The notes under the pieces: model-generated
The model's database searches: none
Told to the model about the DNA's origin: nothing
The model's input: only the letters and a program-made list of their open reading frames with translations
Translations under genes and position numbers: made by a program
Source of the DNA: Sneathiella sp.
GTDB taxonomy: Bacteria > Pseudomonadota > Alphaproteobacteria > Sneathiellales > Sneathiellaceae
Length of the DNA: 64,000 nt
Direction of reading: 5' to 3'
Assembly: GCA_034669685.1 (NCBI GenBank)
Contig: JAXMOU010000002.1
Span: 943,230-1,007,229, forward strand
In this document: positions 1-10,649 of the stretch, piece after piece
Numbering within the stretch: position 1 is the stretch's first letter
How the letters are laid out: each line of letters starts with the position of its first letter

Positions 1-600
1 AAATGTTTAATGGGGTTTTACCAACCAGATAAAGGGGAAGTGACGCAATCCAGTGATTTGCGAATTGGATATGTCCCGCAGCGACTTGTGGCAGATCAGT
101 CTATTCCGATAAGTGTGAAGCGGTTTTTGAACCTTCGCACAAAATCGCATGGGGACGTGCTGCAAAAAATTGTTCAGGAAACTGAGATTGGACGGATCCT
201 TGACCAACCGCTTGCAGTTCTGTCCGGAGGGGAGCTTCAACGGGTGCTGTTGGCCCGTGCTTTGCTGGATCAGCCAACTTTACTCGTCCTTGATGAACCC
301 GCGCAAAATCTGGATATAACAGGGCAATTATCATTCTATCGGCTGATTGAAAAAATATACCGCGAAAATAAAATCAGTATTTTGATGGTGTCCCATGATT
401 TACATCTTGTGATGTCTGCGACAAAAAATGTTCTGTGTCTCTCGGGCGAGGTTTGCTGTTACGGCGAGCCCAGCTCTGTGGCACAAGATCCGGCATTTGT
501 AACCTTGTTTGGTGAAGATATGGCAAAGATGATGGCAAGTTATCACCACCACGATCATCCACATGACCATTCGTCTCATCATGGAGAGCATCATGTTTGA
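1..600 (+). CDS. znuC: Zinc ABC transporter ATP-binding subunit (5' truncated by window edge)
   Basis: Frame is open from base 1 (KCLMGFYQPD...) and lacks Walker A, so the true start is upstream. ABC signature LSGGELQRVLLARAL, Walker B LLVLDEP, H-loop VSHDL, CCYGEP and His-rich tail; overlaps znuB start. Confidence 0.9.
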   Translation, partial: KCLMGFYQPDKGEVTQSSDLRIGYVPQRLVADQSIPISVKRFLNLRTKSHGDVLQKIVQETEIGRILDQPLAVLSGGELQRVLLARALLDQPTLLVLDEPAQNLDITGQLSFYRLIEKIYRENKISILMVSHDLHLVMSATKNVLCLSGEVCCYGEPSSVAQDPAFVTLFGEDMAKMMASYHHHDHPHDHSSHHGEHHV

Positions 601-1417
601 TGATTTTGTTCTCAGAGCGTTGATTGCTGGCGCGGGTATTGCATTGATTGCTGGACCCTTGGGGTGTTTCGTTGTTTGGCGGCGAATGGCCTATTTTGGC
701 GATAGCCTTGCCCACAGCGCGCTGCTGGGTATCGCACTTGGTTTGATCACAGGATTAAACAGTAACCTCGGTACCGTGATCGTTTGTAGTGTATTTGCTG
801 TGCTGCTTTTGTGGTTGCAGCATATCAGGGTCCTGGCAACTGACACATTGCTTGGCATCTTGGCGCACGCCGCATTGTCGATTGGGATGGTCGTGCTGAG
901 CTTCGTCGATAATCAACGTTTTGATCTTCACGCCTATTTGTTTGGCGATATTCTGACGGTAACTCTTCTTGATATCTATTGGATTTTTGGTGGCGGCTTC
1001 GTTGTCCTATTTCTTTTGATTAAGAACTGGTCCTCATTGACTTTGATGACATTGCATGAAGATCTTGCCCGCGCTGAGGGCGTCAAAACATTTTGGGTCA
1101 ATTTGATCCTTGTGCTTTTAATGACAATTGTGGTTGCCGTCTCCATTCGGATCGTCGGAATTTTATTGATTACGTCGCTTTTGACTATTCCTGCCGCAAC
1201 GGCGCGGCATTTTGTGCGTAGCCCTGAAGCCATGGCCGTTGGTGCCTCAATCTTGGGTCTGGTTGCTGTTTTTGGTGGAATATATGGATCTGCGTTTTTG
1301 GATACGCCGACCGGTCCGTCGATTGTAAGTGTCGCAACAATACTTTTTGTTGTGATTGTTCCGGTTGCTAGCCTCTTGAATTACAGGCGGTCGCGGCGTC
1401 AGGATTTATTTACTTAA
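593..1417 (+). CDS. znuB: Zinc ABC transporter permease
   Basis: MFDDFVLRALIAG...LGCFVVWRRMAYFGDSLAHSALLG motif; multi-TM; ATG at 593 overlaps the znuC stop. Confidence 0.92.
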   Translation: MFDDFVLRALIAGAGIALIAGPLGCFVVWRRMAYFGDSLAHSALLGIALGLITGLNSNLGTVIVCSVFAVLLLWLQHIRVLATDTLLGILAHAALSIGMVVLSFVDNQRFDLHAYLFGDILTVTLLDIYWIFGGGFVVLFLLIKNWSSLTLMTLHEDLARAEGVKTFWVNLILVLLMTIVVAVSIRIVGILLITSLLTIPAATARHFVRSPEAMAVGASILGLVAVFGGIYGSAFLDTPTGPSIVSVATILFVVIVPVASLLNYRRSRRQDLFT

Positions 1418-1460
1418 TCAGTGGTGTTCGGTAAGCTTACAAAAATTAGGGGAGCACCGA

Positions 1461-1859
1461 ATGATAAAAAACACACTTGAAAAATGGCATCACCTTCTGG
1501 AAACCAAGGACGCTCGCGGATTAGCGGAAATTTTGCATGATGATGCGGTCTTTCACTCGCCAGTAGTTCACACGCCGCAGCAAGGGAAGATGCTGACCCA
1601 AATGTATCTGGCGGCGGCATTCCAGGTGCTTGGTGGTGATAACTTTACCTACTTGCGTGAAGTTTGTGAGGGTAATAACGCCATATTGGAATTTCAAACC
1701 ACTGTTGATGGAATTCAGATCAACGGTGTGGATATGATTACAGTTGACGAGGATGGACTTATTACAGATTTTAAAGTGATGGTTCGCCCCTTGAAAGCAA
1801 TCAATTTACTCCACGAAAAAATGAAAGCGATGCTTGAGCAGTTCAAGGCTGCTTCCTAA
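1461..1859 (+). CDS. SnoaL-like / NTF2-family protein
   Basis: 132 aa; LHDDAVFHSPVVHTP, INGVDMI, DFKVMVRPLKA typical of this family; GGGGAG RBS upstream. Confidence 0.8.
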   Translation: MIKNTLEKWHHLLETKDARGLAEILHDDAVFHSPVVHTPQQGKMLTQMYLAAAFQVLGGDNFTYLREVCEGNNAILEFQTTVDGIQINGVDMITVDEDGLITDFKVMVRPLKAINLLHEKMKAMLEQFKAAS

Positions 1860-1885
1860 GTAATTCACTCTTGAGAGGGACTCTT

Positions 1886-3661
1886 ATGCCGTCAGATCAG
1901 GTAATCTTGTTTGGCTTATTCGCGCTTGTCTTCCTGTTTTTGCTTTGGGGGCGTTGGCGGTATGACCTAGTGGCGTTTATTGCGCTAATTCTGGCTTTGG
2001 TTCTGGGAGTGGTGCCAACCGAAGATGCTTTTTCAGGATTTGGCCATCCTGCAACAATCATTGTCGGCTTGGTGTTAATTGTATCTAGAGGGTTAATGAA
2101 CTCAGGTGCGATTGACATAATTACGCGAAAAGTGACAGCGATGGATTTGAAGCTTTCGCAGCATATTTCCGCCATGAGCGGGCTTGGCGCATTGCTTTCA
2201 GCCTTTATGAATAACGTGGCTGCCCTTGCCTTGTTGATGCCTGTGGATCTACAGGCTGCCAAGAAGAAATCCCGTAGCCCTCGGATCACCTTAATGCCGC
2301 TTGCGTTTGCAACAATACTTGGTGGGATGATTACATTGATCGGAACGCCGCCCAATATTATTATTGCGGCTTACCGGGAAAAAACTTTTGGCGAAAGTTT
2401 CGGTATGTTTGACTTTGCACCGGTTGGTTTGACCTGCGCTGTGGTCGGTATCGCATTCGTTGCTTTTTTTGGATGGCGATTGATTCCACGTCAGGATACA
2501 GATGATGATTCCGGTCGCGATTTGATGGATATGGATGACTATATCGCGGAAATTGTGGTTCCTGAAAATTCTCCTGCGGTTGGTAAGAAAGTGCGTGAAC
2601 TTGATCCCCAGGCTGAGGATGCAGATGTTTCAATCGTCGGTTTGATCCGTCAAAAAAGGCGCTTTTCAGGATACGCGCGTCACATCGAAATACAGCCCGG
2701 AGATGTCTTGATCGTTGAGGCGGGGCCACAGGAACTGGATCAATTTCGCGGTGCTTTGAAGCTTGAATTTGCGGGTGAACGCAAGCATGAAAAAGTGGCG
2801 TCTGGTGGTATGGCGCTCCTTGAAGTTGTGGTGCCACAAAATGCGTTGATCGAAGGTCGATCAGCCCTGTCTCTGAAGCTGCTGCTGCGCCATGGCGTAA
2901 CTTTGCTGGGCGTGTCTCGAGAAGGCAAGAAATTTAGAGAACGTGTTCGGCGGTTAAAAATTGAAGCTGGTGACGTGTTGCTGCTTCTTGGCCCAACTGA
3001 GCGCGTGGAAGAGGTGGCCAATTGGCTCGGTGTTTTGCCTTTGGCGGAGCGTGGACTTTCCGTTACTCAATATAAAAGGGCGGGACTAGCTGCCGGCATA
3101 TTCGCAGTTGCAATTGGTGTTGCCAGTTTTGGCGGGCTGTACCTCGCCGTTGCCTTGGCAATTGTCGTCGCGGCATATGTTCTGCTGGATATTGTTCCGC
3201 TGCAGGAGGTGTATCATCAGGTTGAGTGGCCCGTGATCGTCCTGCTTGGGTCAATGATTCCGCTGGGAACGGCGCTGGAAAATTCGGGCGGCACTGCGTT
3301 GATCGCCAGGGAAATCGTCAATTTAACATCGGGATTACCAACAATTGCGGTCCTTACCGTTTTGATGGTTGTCATTATGACCTTGTCAGATGTGCTGAAC
3401 AATACCGCGACAGCGGTGGTGGGCGCGCCAATTGCGGTGGAAGTTGCAACGCGTTTGAATTCCAATCCGGACCCGTTCCTGATGGCCGTTGCTGTGGCGG
3501 CTTCCTGCGCCTTTCTGACGCCTATTGGGCATAAGAATAATACGCTGATTATGGGTCCGGGTGGCTACCGATTTGGTGACTATTGGCGAATGGGGTTGCC
3601 ACTTGAAATTTTGATTGTCGCAATTTCGGTGCCCGCGATATTGTTTTTCTGGCCTTTGTAA
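1886..3661 (+). CDS. SLC13/CitMHS-like permease with two TrkA-C domains
   Basis: SAFMNNVAALAL, GGMITLIGTPPNII, FLTPIGHKNN motifs; central soluble TrkA-C-like repeats; ATG 1886 follows GAGGGA. Confidence 0.88.
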   Translation: MPSDQVILFGLFALVFLFLLWGRWRYDLVAFIALILALVLGVVPTEDAFSGFGHPATIIVGLVLIVSRGLMNSGAIDIITRKVTAMDLKLSQHISAMSGLGALLSAFMNNVAALALLMPVDLQAAKKKSRSPRITLMPLAFATILGGMITLIGTPPNIIIAAYREKTFGESFGMFDFAPVGLTCAVVGIAFVAFFGWRLIPRQDTDDDSGRDLMDMDDYIAEIVVPENSPAVGKKVRELDPQAEDADVSIVGLIRQKRRFSGYARHIEIQPGDVLIVEAGPQELDQFRGALKLEFAGERKHEKVASGGMALLEVVVPQNALIEGRSALSLKLLLRHGVTLLGVSREGKKFRERVRRLKIEAGDVLLLLGPTERVEEVANWLGVLPLAERGLSVTQYKRAGLAAGIFAVAIGVASFGGLYLAVALAIVVAAYVLLDIVPLQEVYHQVEWPVIVLLGSMIPLGTALENSGGTALIAREIVNLTSGLPTIAVLTVLMVVIMTLSDVLNNTATAVVGAPIAVEVATRLNSNPDPFLMAVAVAASCAFLTPIGHKNNTLIMGPGGYRFGDYWRMGLPLEILIVAISVPAILFFWPL

Positions 3662-3668
3662 TAGCGCG

Positions 3669-4130
3669 TCAGGTGTCAGGGACAAAGAAAGTTGTGTTGT
3701 CTGACACCGCTTCCATGACAATGAAGGTGCTTGTCTGCTGAACTTTTGGCAGTTGGGCAATTGTGGTTCCGAGGAATTGCCGATATTCTGAGACATCTTT
3801 GGTTCGAACTTTGAGCAGGTAATCAAAGTTTCCGGCAATCATATGGCATGACTGTATCTGTGGTGTTTGCTGAACGGCTATATTGAACTCTTGAAGTGCT
3901 TTTGTTGTTGTGTCGTTCAATGTGACCTGAACAAAGGCGATGTGACCCGCATCCAGCTTGTCTGGATTTAGCTGCGCCGCATACCCTTTGATGTATTTCC
4001 CTTTTTCTAACCGGCGCACTCTTTCAATGCAGGGGGTTTTGGTTAGCCCTACGTGCCCGGCCAGCTCAGTCATGGTCATCCGGCCATCTTTTTGAAGTTG
4101 TTTAAGTATGTTGCGATCTATCTTATCCAT
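3669..4130 (-). CDS. putR: Lrp/AsnC-family regulator, likely proline utilisation activator
   Basis: MDKIDRNILKQLQKDGRMTMTELA HTH, CHMIAGNFDYLLKV; divergent from putA. Confidence 0.82.
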   Translation of the reverse strand: MDKIDRNILKQLQKDGRMTMTELAGHVGLTKTPCIERVRRLEKGKYIKGYAAQLNPDKLDAGHIAFVQVTLNDTTTKALQEFNIAVQQTPQIQSCHMIAGNFDYLLKVRTKDVSEYRQFLGTTIAQLPKVQQTSTFIVMEAVSDNTTFFVPDT

Positions 4131-4287
4131 ATGTCTGCTTTTTGTAGATTTTGTAGTCTAATTGTATATTTAAATCCTATTTTGAAGGAATATTGTTTAA
4201 TTTTAAAGGATATTTTGGTCAAACTAGCTTTCTGAATTGCGGTACATTAAAACTCAATACGCTTTGTCGGTTTTGGTGGAGAAAAAA

Positions 4288-7200
4288 ATGCTTCAGACTC
4301 AGAAAATAAACTTAGCAAGTGCAAGAGCACTTGTTCGTAAACATCATATCGGCGATGAAGCGCAGCGATTGGACGATCTGATTTCTTATCTTGATATGCC
4401 TGAAGAGCTCCGCGAAAAAATTGTTGAGGATGCGACGGAATTTGTGCGCCTGCTACGCCGTCAGGCAAAGCCGGGCATGATGGAAACCTTCCTAACTGAA
4501 TATGGTTTAAGTACTGAGGAAGGGGTTGCGTTAATGTGCCTCGCCGAAGCGCTTTTACGGGTGCCTGATGACGAGACAATCGACGTTCTTATTCACGATA
4601 AAATTGCACCGGCAAACTGGAGCAAACATCTCGGCCATTCGACATCACCGCTTGTGAATGTTTCCACTTGGGCTTTGATGTTGACGGGTAAGGTTATCTC
4701 TCTGGAAGAGCGTGAAACATGGGATGTGGTCTCAAACGTACGCCAGCTTATCAAAAGAACCGGAGAGCCGGTCATTCGAAAAGCCGTTGCTCAGGCGATG
4801 AAAACCTTGGGGCATCAGTTTGTCCTTGGCCGCAGTATTGATGAGGCAATTACGCGGGCAAAAGATATGGAAAGCAAAGGATATCAATATTCATATGATA
4901 TGCTGGGCGAGGCCGCCAAAACCGCAAAAGATGCTTCCAAATATTTTCTGTCTTATTCCAAGGCAATATCTAAATTATCAGAAGCCGCGGTTCACGATAA
5001 GGTTCGCGATAATCCGGGAATTTCAATTAAACTTTCCGCGTTGCATCCCCGGTACGAATTTGGTCAACGAGATCGCGTTCTAGCCGAACTGGTGCCGCGG
5101 GTTACCAGTCTCGCCATGCAGGCAAAAAATGCGGGAATGGGCTTTAACATTGATGCTGAGGAAGCTGATCGACTGGACCTTTCCCTGGATGTCATTGAGG
5201 CGGTTTTATCCGTTCCAGATCTTGCCGGCTGGGACGGGTTTGGTGTGGTGGTTCAAGCATACGGCCCCCGTGCCTTTTTTGTCCTCGACTGGTGTTATGG
5301 CCTTGCAGCTCAGTTGGACCGCAAAATTATGATCCGTCTGGTAAAGGGTGCTTATTGGGATACAGAGATCAAGCTCGCACAAGTCGAAGGCTTGGAGGGG
5401 TATCCGGTGTTCACGCAGAAATCGGCAACAGACGTGAGCTATATGGCCTGCGCAAAAAAACTTTTGGGGATGACAGATCGAATATATCCACAATTTGCCA
5501 CCCATAATGCCCACACGGTCGTTGCTGTATTGGAAATGGCTGAAGATAAAGAAGCCTTCGAATTCCAGCGTCTTCATGGCATGGGGGAGTCTTTGCATGA
5601 CTTGGCAAAAGAGAAATTTGAAGGGCGCTGCAGAATTTATGCCCCAGTTGGTGTGCACGAAGACCTGCTTGCCTATCTTGTGCGCCGCCTATTGGAAAAT
5701 GGGGCGAATAGTTCTTTTGTAAATCAGGTTTTTGATGAAAAAGTGCCAGCGCGCCATGTGGTTCGGGATCCTGTCGGGATATTGTTATCCAGCCGGGAGA
5801 ATAAGGTTGCCCACCTTCCAATGCCGCATCAGATTTTTCCAAGCGGGCGACAAAATTCTGCAGGCATGAATTTCTCCAATCCGGATGTTCTTGCTAAATA
5901 TCACGCTGATGTTGGCGCATTTGCGAGTAAAACCTGGTTTGCCGGAAAAGATGCAACCCCAGAGAATGGGGTGGAGGTCCGCAATCCGGCCGATCATTCA
6001 GACGTAGTCGGCTATTTTACGGAGGTCGAGCCCCAGTCGGTGGTTGAAGCTTATAATATGGCCCGGGGCGCCATGGAAGGATGGCGTGGTGCCGGTGCGA
6101 AAGTGCGGGCAGACATTTTGCGGAAAATTGCAGATGCTTATGAGCTCAATTCTATTGAGTTGATGACTATTTTGACGCGTGAAGCGGGCAAATCCCCAAT
6201 GGATGCCCTCAATGAAGTCCGCGAAGCCGTTGATTTTTGCCGATATTATGCCGATGAGGCGGAGCAGTTGTCTGATAACGGCGAGGCATCTCGCGGCGTA
6301 TTTGTCTGTATTTCACCCTGGAACTTTCCCCTCGCGATTTTTACAGGACAAATCGTAGCGGCCCTAGTGTCAGGAAATGCTGTTTTGGCAAAACCGGCAC
6401 CGCAAACACCGCTTGTAGCAGCGTTCGCTGTAAAGTTAATGCATGAAGCTGGTATTCCGGCAGGTGCGCTGCAACTCATGATTGGTGGCGTTCAAACTGG
6501 CCAAGCTCTTACAGAGCTTGAAAGGCTGGATGGGGTTTGCTTTACCGGCAGTACCGGGACGGCTCAAAAAATTAATCAGGTGATGGCGGATAAAGCCGCG
6601 GTCGATGCGCCCTTGATTGCAGAGACCGGCGGCCTGAATGCCATGATCGTCGACAGCACTGCCCTTCCAGAACAGGCTGTACGGGATATTGTGACTTCGG
6701 CCTTTCAAAGCGCAGGGCAAAGATGTTCAGCGCTGCGCATCCTTTATGTTCAAGAGGACATTGCTGACAAATTAATTAATATGTTATGCGGTGCAATGGA
6801 TGAGCTGATAATTGGAGATCCTGCAAGTTTTGCAACAGATGTTGGGCCCGTAATCGATGCGCCTGCACGGGAAAATATCCTATCCTATGTTGAAAAATTT
6901 AGGAAAGAGGGAAAGATTATTCGAGAAAAATCTGTTCCTTCAGTGTTGCAAGATAAAGGGTATTTTGTCTCGCCCGTGCTTTTAAAAGTTTCAGGAATTG
7001 AAGCGATGGAGCGGGAGATTTTTGGACCGGTTCTTCATGTCGCGACATACAAGTCTGGCAAAGTGAAAGAAGTTGTTCAGAGCATTAATGATGCAGGATT
7101 TGGGTTGACGCTTGGGCTCCATACACGAGTAGATCACCGCGTTGAGGAAGTAGCTGATCAAGCACATGTTGGGAACCTCTATGTAAATCGAAACCAAATT

Positions 7201-7890
7201 GGAGCCGTGGTCGGCGTGCAACCATTTGGCGGGGAGGGGTTATCTGGAACGGGCCCCAAGGCGGGCGGCCCTTTGTATTTACATAAATTCAGAAAAGGTG
7301 GCTTTGATACGGATCTGAATAAAGGGTCTGAAAATCTGCAACTGAACGCGGAACTGGAAGATTTGTTGTCGTCCTTAGATCTTGAGGGGGGTGATCTGAT
7401 CAAACAGAGCAGTTCGCTGATGAAAGGATATAGCGCGGATGTTCAAATTTGTGCAGGTCCAACAGGGGAGCGGAATCAATTGAGTGTTCACCCAAGGGGC
7501 GGCATTTTGATCGCTGGGCCCAACTGGTTGCAAGATAGCATTCTTGCCCTTGCAACTGGCAACAGTGTGATATTGGATGAGCGAGCGAAGGAATTGCCGA
7601 CATTCAGAGAAGCCTTAAAAAAATTGCCGAACCTAAATGCTCGCGTGAGTTTTTATAACGGTGATCTTGAGTTCTTGGCAGAAGGTCGCTTTGACGCTGT
7701 GTGCTTGTCATTTGAAAAGACACCCGAGCTATACAAAGCACGAACTATTCTGGCAAAGCGGGCTGGAAAGATTATTCCCGTATTGTCGAGTTTGAGAAGT
7801 TGGCGTGAATTCGTTCATGAAAGATGTTTGAGTATTGATACGACGGCATCAGGTGGAAACGCAGCGCTTTTGGCTTCTGCGGCTGAATAA
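4288..7890 (+). CDS. putA: Bifunctional proline dehydrogenase / P5C dehydrogenase
   Basis: EGVALMCLAEALLRVPD, SIKLSALHPRYE, IRLVKGAYWDTEIK, QFATHNAH, ETGGLNAMIVDSTAL, FQSAGQRCSALR, QPFGGEGLSGTGPKAGG; ATG 4288 follows GGAG. Confidence 0.97.
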   Translation: MLQTQKINLASARALVRKHHIGDEAQRLDDLISYLDMPEELREKIVEDATEFVRLLRRQAKPGMMETFLTEYGLSTEEGVALMCLAEALLRVPDDETIDVLIHDKIAPANWSKHLGHSTSPLVNVSTWALMLTGKVISLEERETWDVVSNVRQLIKRTGEPVIRKAVAQAMKTLGHQFVLGRSIDEAITRAKDMESKGYQYSYDMLGEAAKTAKDASKYFLSYSKAISKLSEAAVHDKVRDNPGISIKLSALHPRYEFGQRDRVLAELVPRVTSLAMQAKNAGMGFNIDAEEADRLDLSLDVIEAVLSVPDLAGWDGFGVVVQAYGPRAFFVLDWCYGLAAQLDRKIMIRLVKGAYWDTEIKLAQVEGLEGYPVFTQKSATDVSYMACAKKLLGMTDRIYPQFATHNAHTVVAVLEMAEDKEAFEFQRLHGMGESLHDLAKEKFEGRCRIYAPVGVHEDLLAYLVRRLLENGANSSFVNQVFDEKVPARHVVRDPVGILLSSRENKVAHLPMPHQIFPSGRQNSAGMNFSNPDVLAKYHADVGAFASKTWFAGKDATPENGVEVRNPADHSDVVGYFTEVEPQSVVEAYNMARGAMEGWRGAGAKVRADILRKIADAYELNSIELMTILTREAGKSPMDALNEVREAVDFCRYYADEAEQLSDNGEASRGVFVCISPWNFPLAIFTGQIVAALVSGNAVLAKPAPQTPLVAAFAVKLMHEAGIPAGALQLMIGGVQTGQALTELERLDGVCFTGSTGTAQKINQVMADKAAVDAPLIAETGGLNAMIVDSTALPEQAVRDIVTSAFQSAGQRCSALRILYVQEDIADKLINMLCGAMDELIIGDPASFATDVGPVIDAPARENILSYVEKFRKEGKIIREKSVPSVLQDKGYFVSPVLLKVSGIEAMEREIFGPVLHVATYKSGKVKEVVQSINDAGFGLTLGLHTRVDHRVEEVADQAHVGNLYVNRNQIGAVVGVQPFGGEGLSGTGPKAGGPLYLHKFRKGGFDTDLNKGSENLQLNAELEDLLSSLDLEGGDLIKQSSSLMKGYSADVQICAGPTGERNQLSVHPRGGILIAGPNWLQDSILALATGNSVILDERAKELPTFREALKKLPNLNARVSFYNGDLEFLAEGRFDAVCLSFEKTPELYKARTILAKRAGKIIPVLSSLRSWREFVHERCLSIDTTASGGNAALLASAAE

Positions 7891-7920
7891 TTATTATAAA
7901 ATCATAACTTAATCTTTAGC

Positions 7921-7957
7921 GCCCGACCTTAATCTTAAAGGTCGGGCCTTTTATTTG
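7921..7957 (+). terminator. Intrinsic terminator after putA
   Basis: GCCCGACCTT (7921-7930) / AAGGTCGGGC (7938-7947) 10-bp stem followed by CTTTTATTT. Confidence 0.85.
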
Positions 7958-8015
7958 TATTTTTTCGAACTAAGTTGGGAAGATAGACTTTTCAAAACTG
8001 GCAAAGCAAAAATAT

Positions 8016-10052
8016 ATGAATAAACAACGGCTAACATCGATATTGATGTTGCTGCTAGCTGCAGTGGTCTTGTTTGCCTTTGAATGGCAGATTGAGAGGT
8101 CGGCTATTTTCAAGGCACGCGAAGCTCAAAAGGAGCAGGTTAGAGAGTTGGCGGTGGAGCTTAAATCGCGAATAGTTTCACAATTTTCTCAAGAACTACG
8201 GCTTCTGTACGGATTAAGAGCGTTTATTGAAGCTAATCCAAATTTTTCAGAATATGATTTCGCCAAATACGCTGCTTCTATCAAGAGGTATCATCCAGAA
8301 ATCCGAAATATTGCCGCGGCGCCAGATTTGATTGTTCGCTATATTTATCCCTATAAAGACAATGAAAAAGCACTGGGTTTGAATTACCGGATGGGCCCTG
8401 CCGAGCAGAAGTCCGCTATATACAAATCCATTCGGGAGGGGAAAGCGGTCATAGCTGGACCTGTTAATCTGGTGCAGGGTGGGGACGCGATCATTTTACG
8501 TCTGCCTGTGTATCTTTATCAAGAGAATGGCTCTCAAAGCTTATGGGGTATTATATCTGCGCCGATAGATGTTGAGGTAATTTATAAGCAAGTTGGTCTG
8601 ACCGAGGCATTTTTGAATTATGAGATTGCGCTTCGGGGGAAAGATGGGCTCGGTGAAAATGGGGCCGTGTTTTATGGTGATGCGTCTTTATTTTCATCTG
8701 AAGCAGATTCAGTTCAATATTCAGTTCCATTGGATAATGGGTCATGGGTAATGGCCATGCGACCACAGGCTGGTTGGGTAACGACTTTTCCAGAGAAAAT
8801 GGTGACGCGAGTAGCGTTTATATGTTTGTTTGTTGTACTGGTTATTCTCTGGCATTTTGCCGAAGCCTACCTGAACGAACGGCTCGAAATCCAAAAACAA
8901 AAAGAACAGGTCTTGAAAGAAAAGGCTGAGTTTTTGGAAATACTTAGCCATGAAATTAGAACGCCGTTGCAAGGCGTTTTAGCTGCCCAGCAATATCTTT
9001 TGGATAATGGCCTTAAGGAACCATTTCGCTCGATTGTTCGCACAGCGGAACAATCGGGGACTTATATTGTCGGGCTGATAAATGATTATCTGGACTTACA
9101 GCGTGCTGAAAGTGAAACCCTCACAGCAAATGTATCGCCTGTTGAGATCCGGCCGTTGCTGGCAAATGTGATTTCAATTGTCACAACTGGTAAAAAAGAA
9201 CAGGTTGCATCCATTAAACTGGTTGTTGATCAAAATATTTCCCAGTGGGCAATGCTGGATGAAAAAAAGACGCGCCAGATTCTCGTGAATTTGATTGGTA
9301 ATGCAGTGAAATATACCGTTAAAGGGTATATCAAGGTATCTGTGTTCAGTCAGGGAACTGACGAAAGTCCGCAACTTTGCGTCCAGGTTGAGGATACGGG
9401 TATTGGCATCGCGGAAAGTGAACTTGAATTTTTATTTGATCGTTTCACGCGAAGCGAAGGTGCGGAAAACAAGGCGGGCTCTGGCCTTGGTTTGGCAATC
9501 ACAAAAATGCTGGTAGATCTTCTGGGCGGTCAAATTGAAGTGCGGAGTGTCTTGGGCGAAGGTTCTGTTTTTACCGTTGTTCTACCCACGACATATGTTG
9601 ATGAGGGCGTTTACTCGCGGGAACTCGAGCCCTCTCATAAATTTAAATCTCACCATGATGTACGGAATTTGAAAAACTTAAATGTCATCGTTGCTGACGA
9701 TATTTCTGTTAATCGTATTCTGTTAAACGCAATGTTATCCCCAATTGTGAAATCTGTGCAAATGGCAGAAGACGGTGAAGCCGTACTTCAAGCATTGCAG
9801 GATGGGAAGTTTGATCTGGTTATCATGGATATCCACATGCCTGTTTTGAGTGGTTTGGAAGCTGCGGAAAAAATGCAGAAAGATGAAAGGTTTAAGCAAA
9901 TTCCGATCATCTTCTTGACGGGCGACGACAGCGATAAATATAGAAAATCTGTCCAGGTAAGTACCCCCCATAAAATCTTGGGTAAACCCGTTGATCTGGA
10001 TAGTTTGCTTGCTGAAATTGGTAACGTTATGGATAATTTGAAATTATCATAA
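8016..10052 (+). CDS. Hybrid sensor histidine kinase (CHASE - HisKA - HATPase - REC)
   Basis: Two TM segments flank a CHASE-like region (AGPVNLVQGG); H-box SHEIRTPLQG, N-box NLIGNAVKYT, G-boxes DTGIGI and GSGLGL; REC with ADD and MDIHMP. Confidence 0.9.
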   Translation: MNKQRLTSILMLLLAAVVLFAFEWQIERSAIFKAREAQKEQVRELAVELKSRIVSQFSQELRLLYGLRAFIEANPNFSEYDFAKYAASIKRYHPEIRNIAAAPDLIVRYIYPYKDNEKALGLNYRMGPAEQKSAIYKSIREGKAVIAGPVNLVQGGDAIILRLPVYLYQENGSQSLWGIISAPIDVEVIYKQVGLTEAFLNYEIALRGKDGLGENGAVFYGDASLFSSEADSVQYSVPLDNGSWVMAMRPQAGWVTTFPEKMVTRVAFICLFVVLVILWHFAEAYLNERLEIQKQKEQVLKEKAEFLEILSHEIRTPLQGVLAAQQYLLDNGLKEPFRSIVRTAEQSGTYIVGLINDYLDLQRAESETLTANVSPVEIRPLLANVISIVTTGKKEQVASIKLVVDQNISQWAMLDEKKTRQILVNLIGNAVKYTVKGYIKVSVFSQGTDESPQLCVQVEDTGIGIAESELEFLFDRFTRSEGAENKAGSGLGLAITKMLVDLLGGQIEVRSVLGEGSVFTVVLPTTYVDEGVYSRELEPSHKFKSHHDVRNLKNLNVIVADDISVNRILLNAMLSPIVKSVQMAEDGEAVLQALQDGKFDLVIMDIHMPVLSGLEAAEKMQKDERFKQIPIIFLTGDDSDKYRKSVQVSTPHKILGKPVDLDSLLAEIGNVMDNLKLS

Positions 10053-10071
10053 CGTGACTTTGCGTTGATCA

Positions 10072-10533
10072 TCAGTGGCCGAAAGCCATATGAATGTTGC
10101 TATAGCTACGATCTGTTGTTACTTCCTCACCGATCCATTCAGGGAAAATGATGTCTTGGTTTGCCGACTCTAATTCGATCTCGGCCAAAACCAATCCTTC
10201 ATTTGGAGATGAAAATACGTCGATTTCCCAAAGTTGGTTGTTGCTGTCCATGACTTCATAACGCGTCTTTTGAATTATATTTCCGCGGGCCTGATCTTTT
10301 TGGCTGTGAAAATCGTCCACAGGGATTTCGTATTCATATTCATCACGAACAAGTACATCAGCAGACTGTGTCGGATATTTAAGCGTTAAAAATGCGGAAT
10401 TGTCTTTTAGTCTCAACCGTATCGTTGGAGCATGATTGGCAGTTGTCAGATAGAACTGGAGGATGTCGTGCTTCTGGCGAGCAAGTGACATCCAGTCATT
10501 ATTTGTAACAAGGAATTTACGCTCTATCTCCAT
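10072..10533 (-). CDS. CYTH-domain protein (triphosphate tunnel metalloenzyme family)
   Basis: MEIERKFLV start (ExExK), RLR, EYEYEI, KTRY, WEIDVF, LAEIEL. Confidence 0.9.
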   Translation of the reverse strand: MEIERKFLVTNNDWMSLARQKHDILQFYLTTANHAPTIRLRLKDNSAFLTLKYPTQSADVLVRDEYEYEIPVDDFHSQKDQARGNIIQKTRYEVMDSNNQLWEIDVFSSPNEGLVLAEIELESANQDIIFPEWIGEEVTTDRSYSNIHMAFGH

Positions 10534-10649
10534 TGAGGACCTTTCTTCATGAGATTGTCATTCAACATATTTTGACTTTGTAGCCAAGGCAATCTATCTA
10601 TCAGCAGTTAAACTGGAACAGCTGTTCTAATTTGTATTAAGGAAACTCT

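Noticed and set aside
541-600. His-rich tail of ZnuC as a novel metal-binding peptide
   Set aside because: His-rich C-termini are common in alphaproteobacterial ZnuC.
10616-10627. GAACAGCTGTTC palindrome as a LexA box
   Set aside because: GAAC-N4-GTTC is the Gram-positive SOS box; Alphaproteobacteria use GTTC-N7-GTTC, and the neighbours are not SOS genes.
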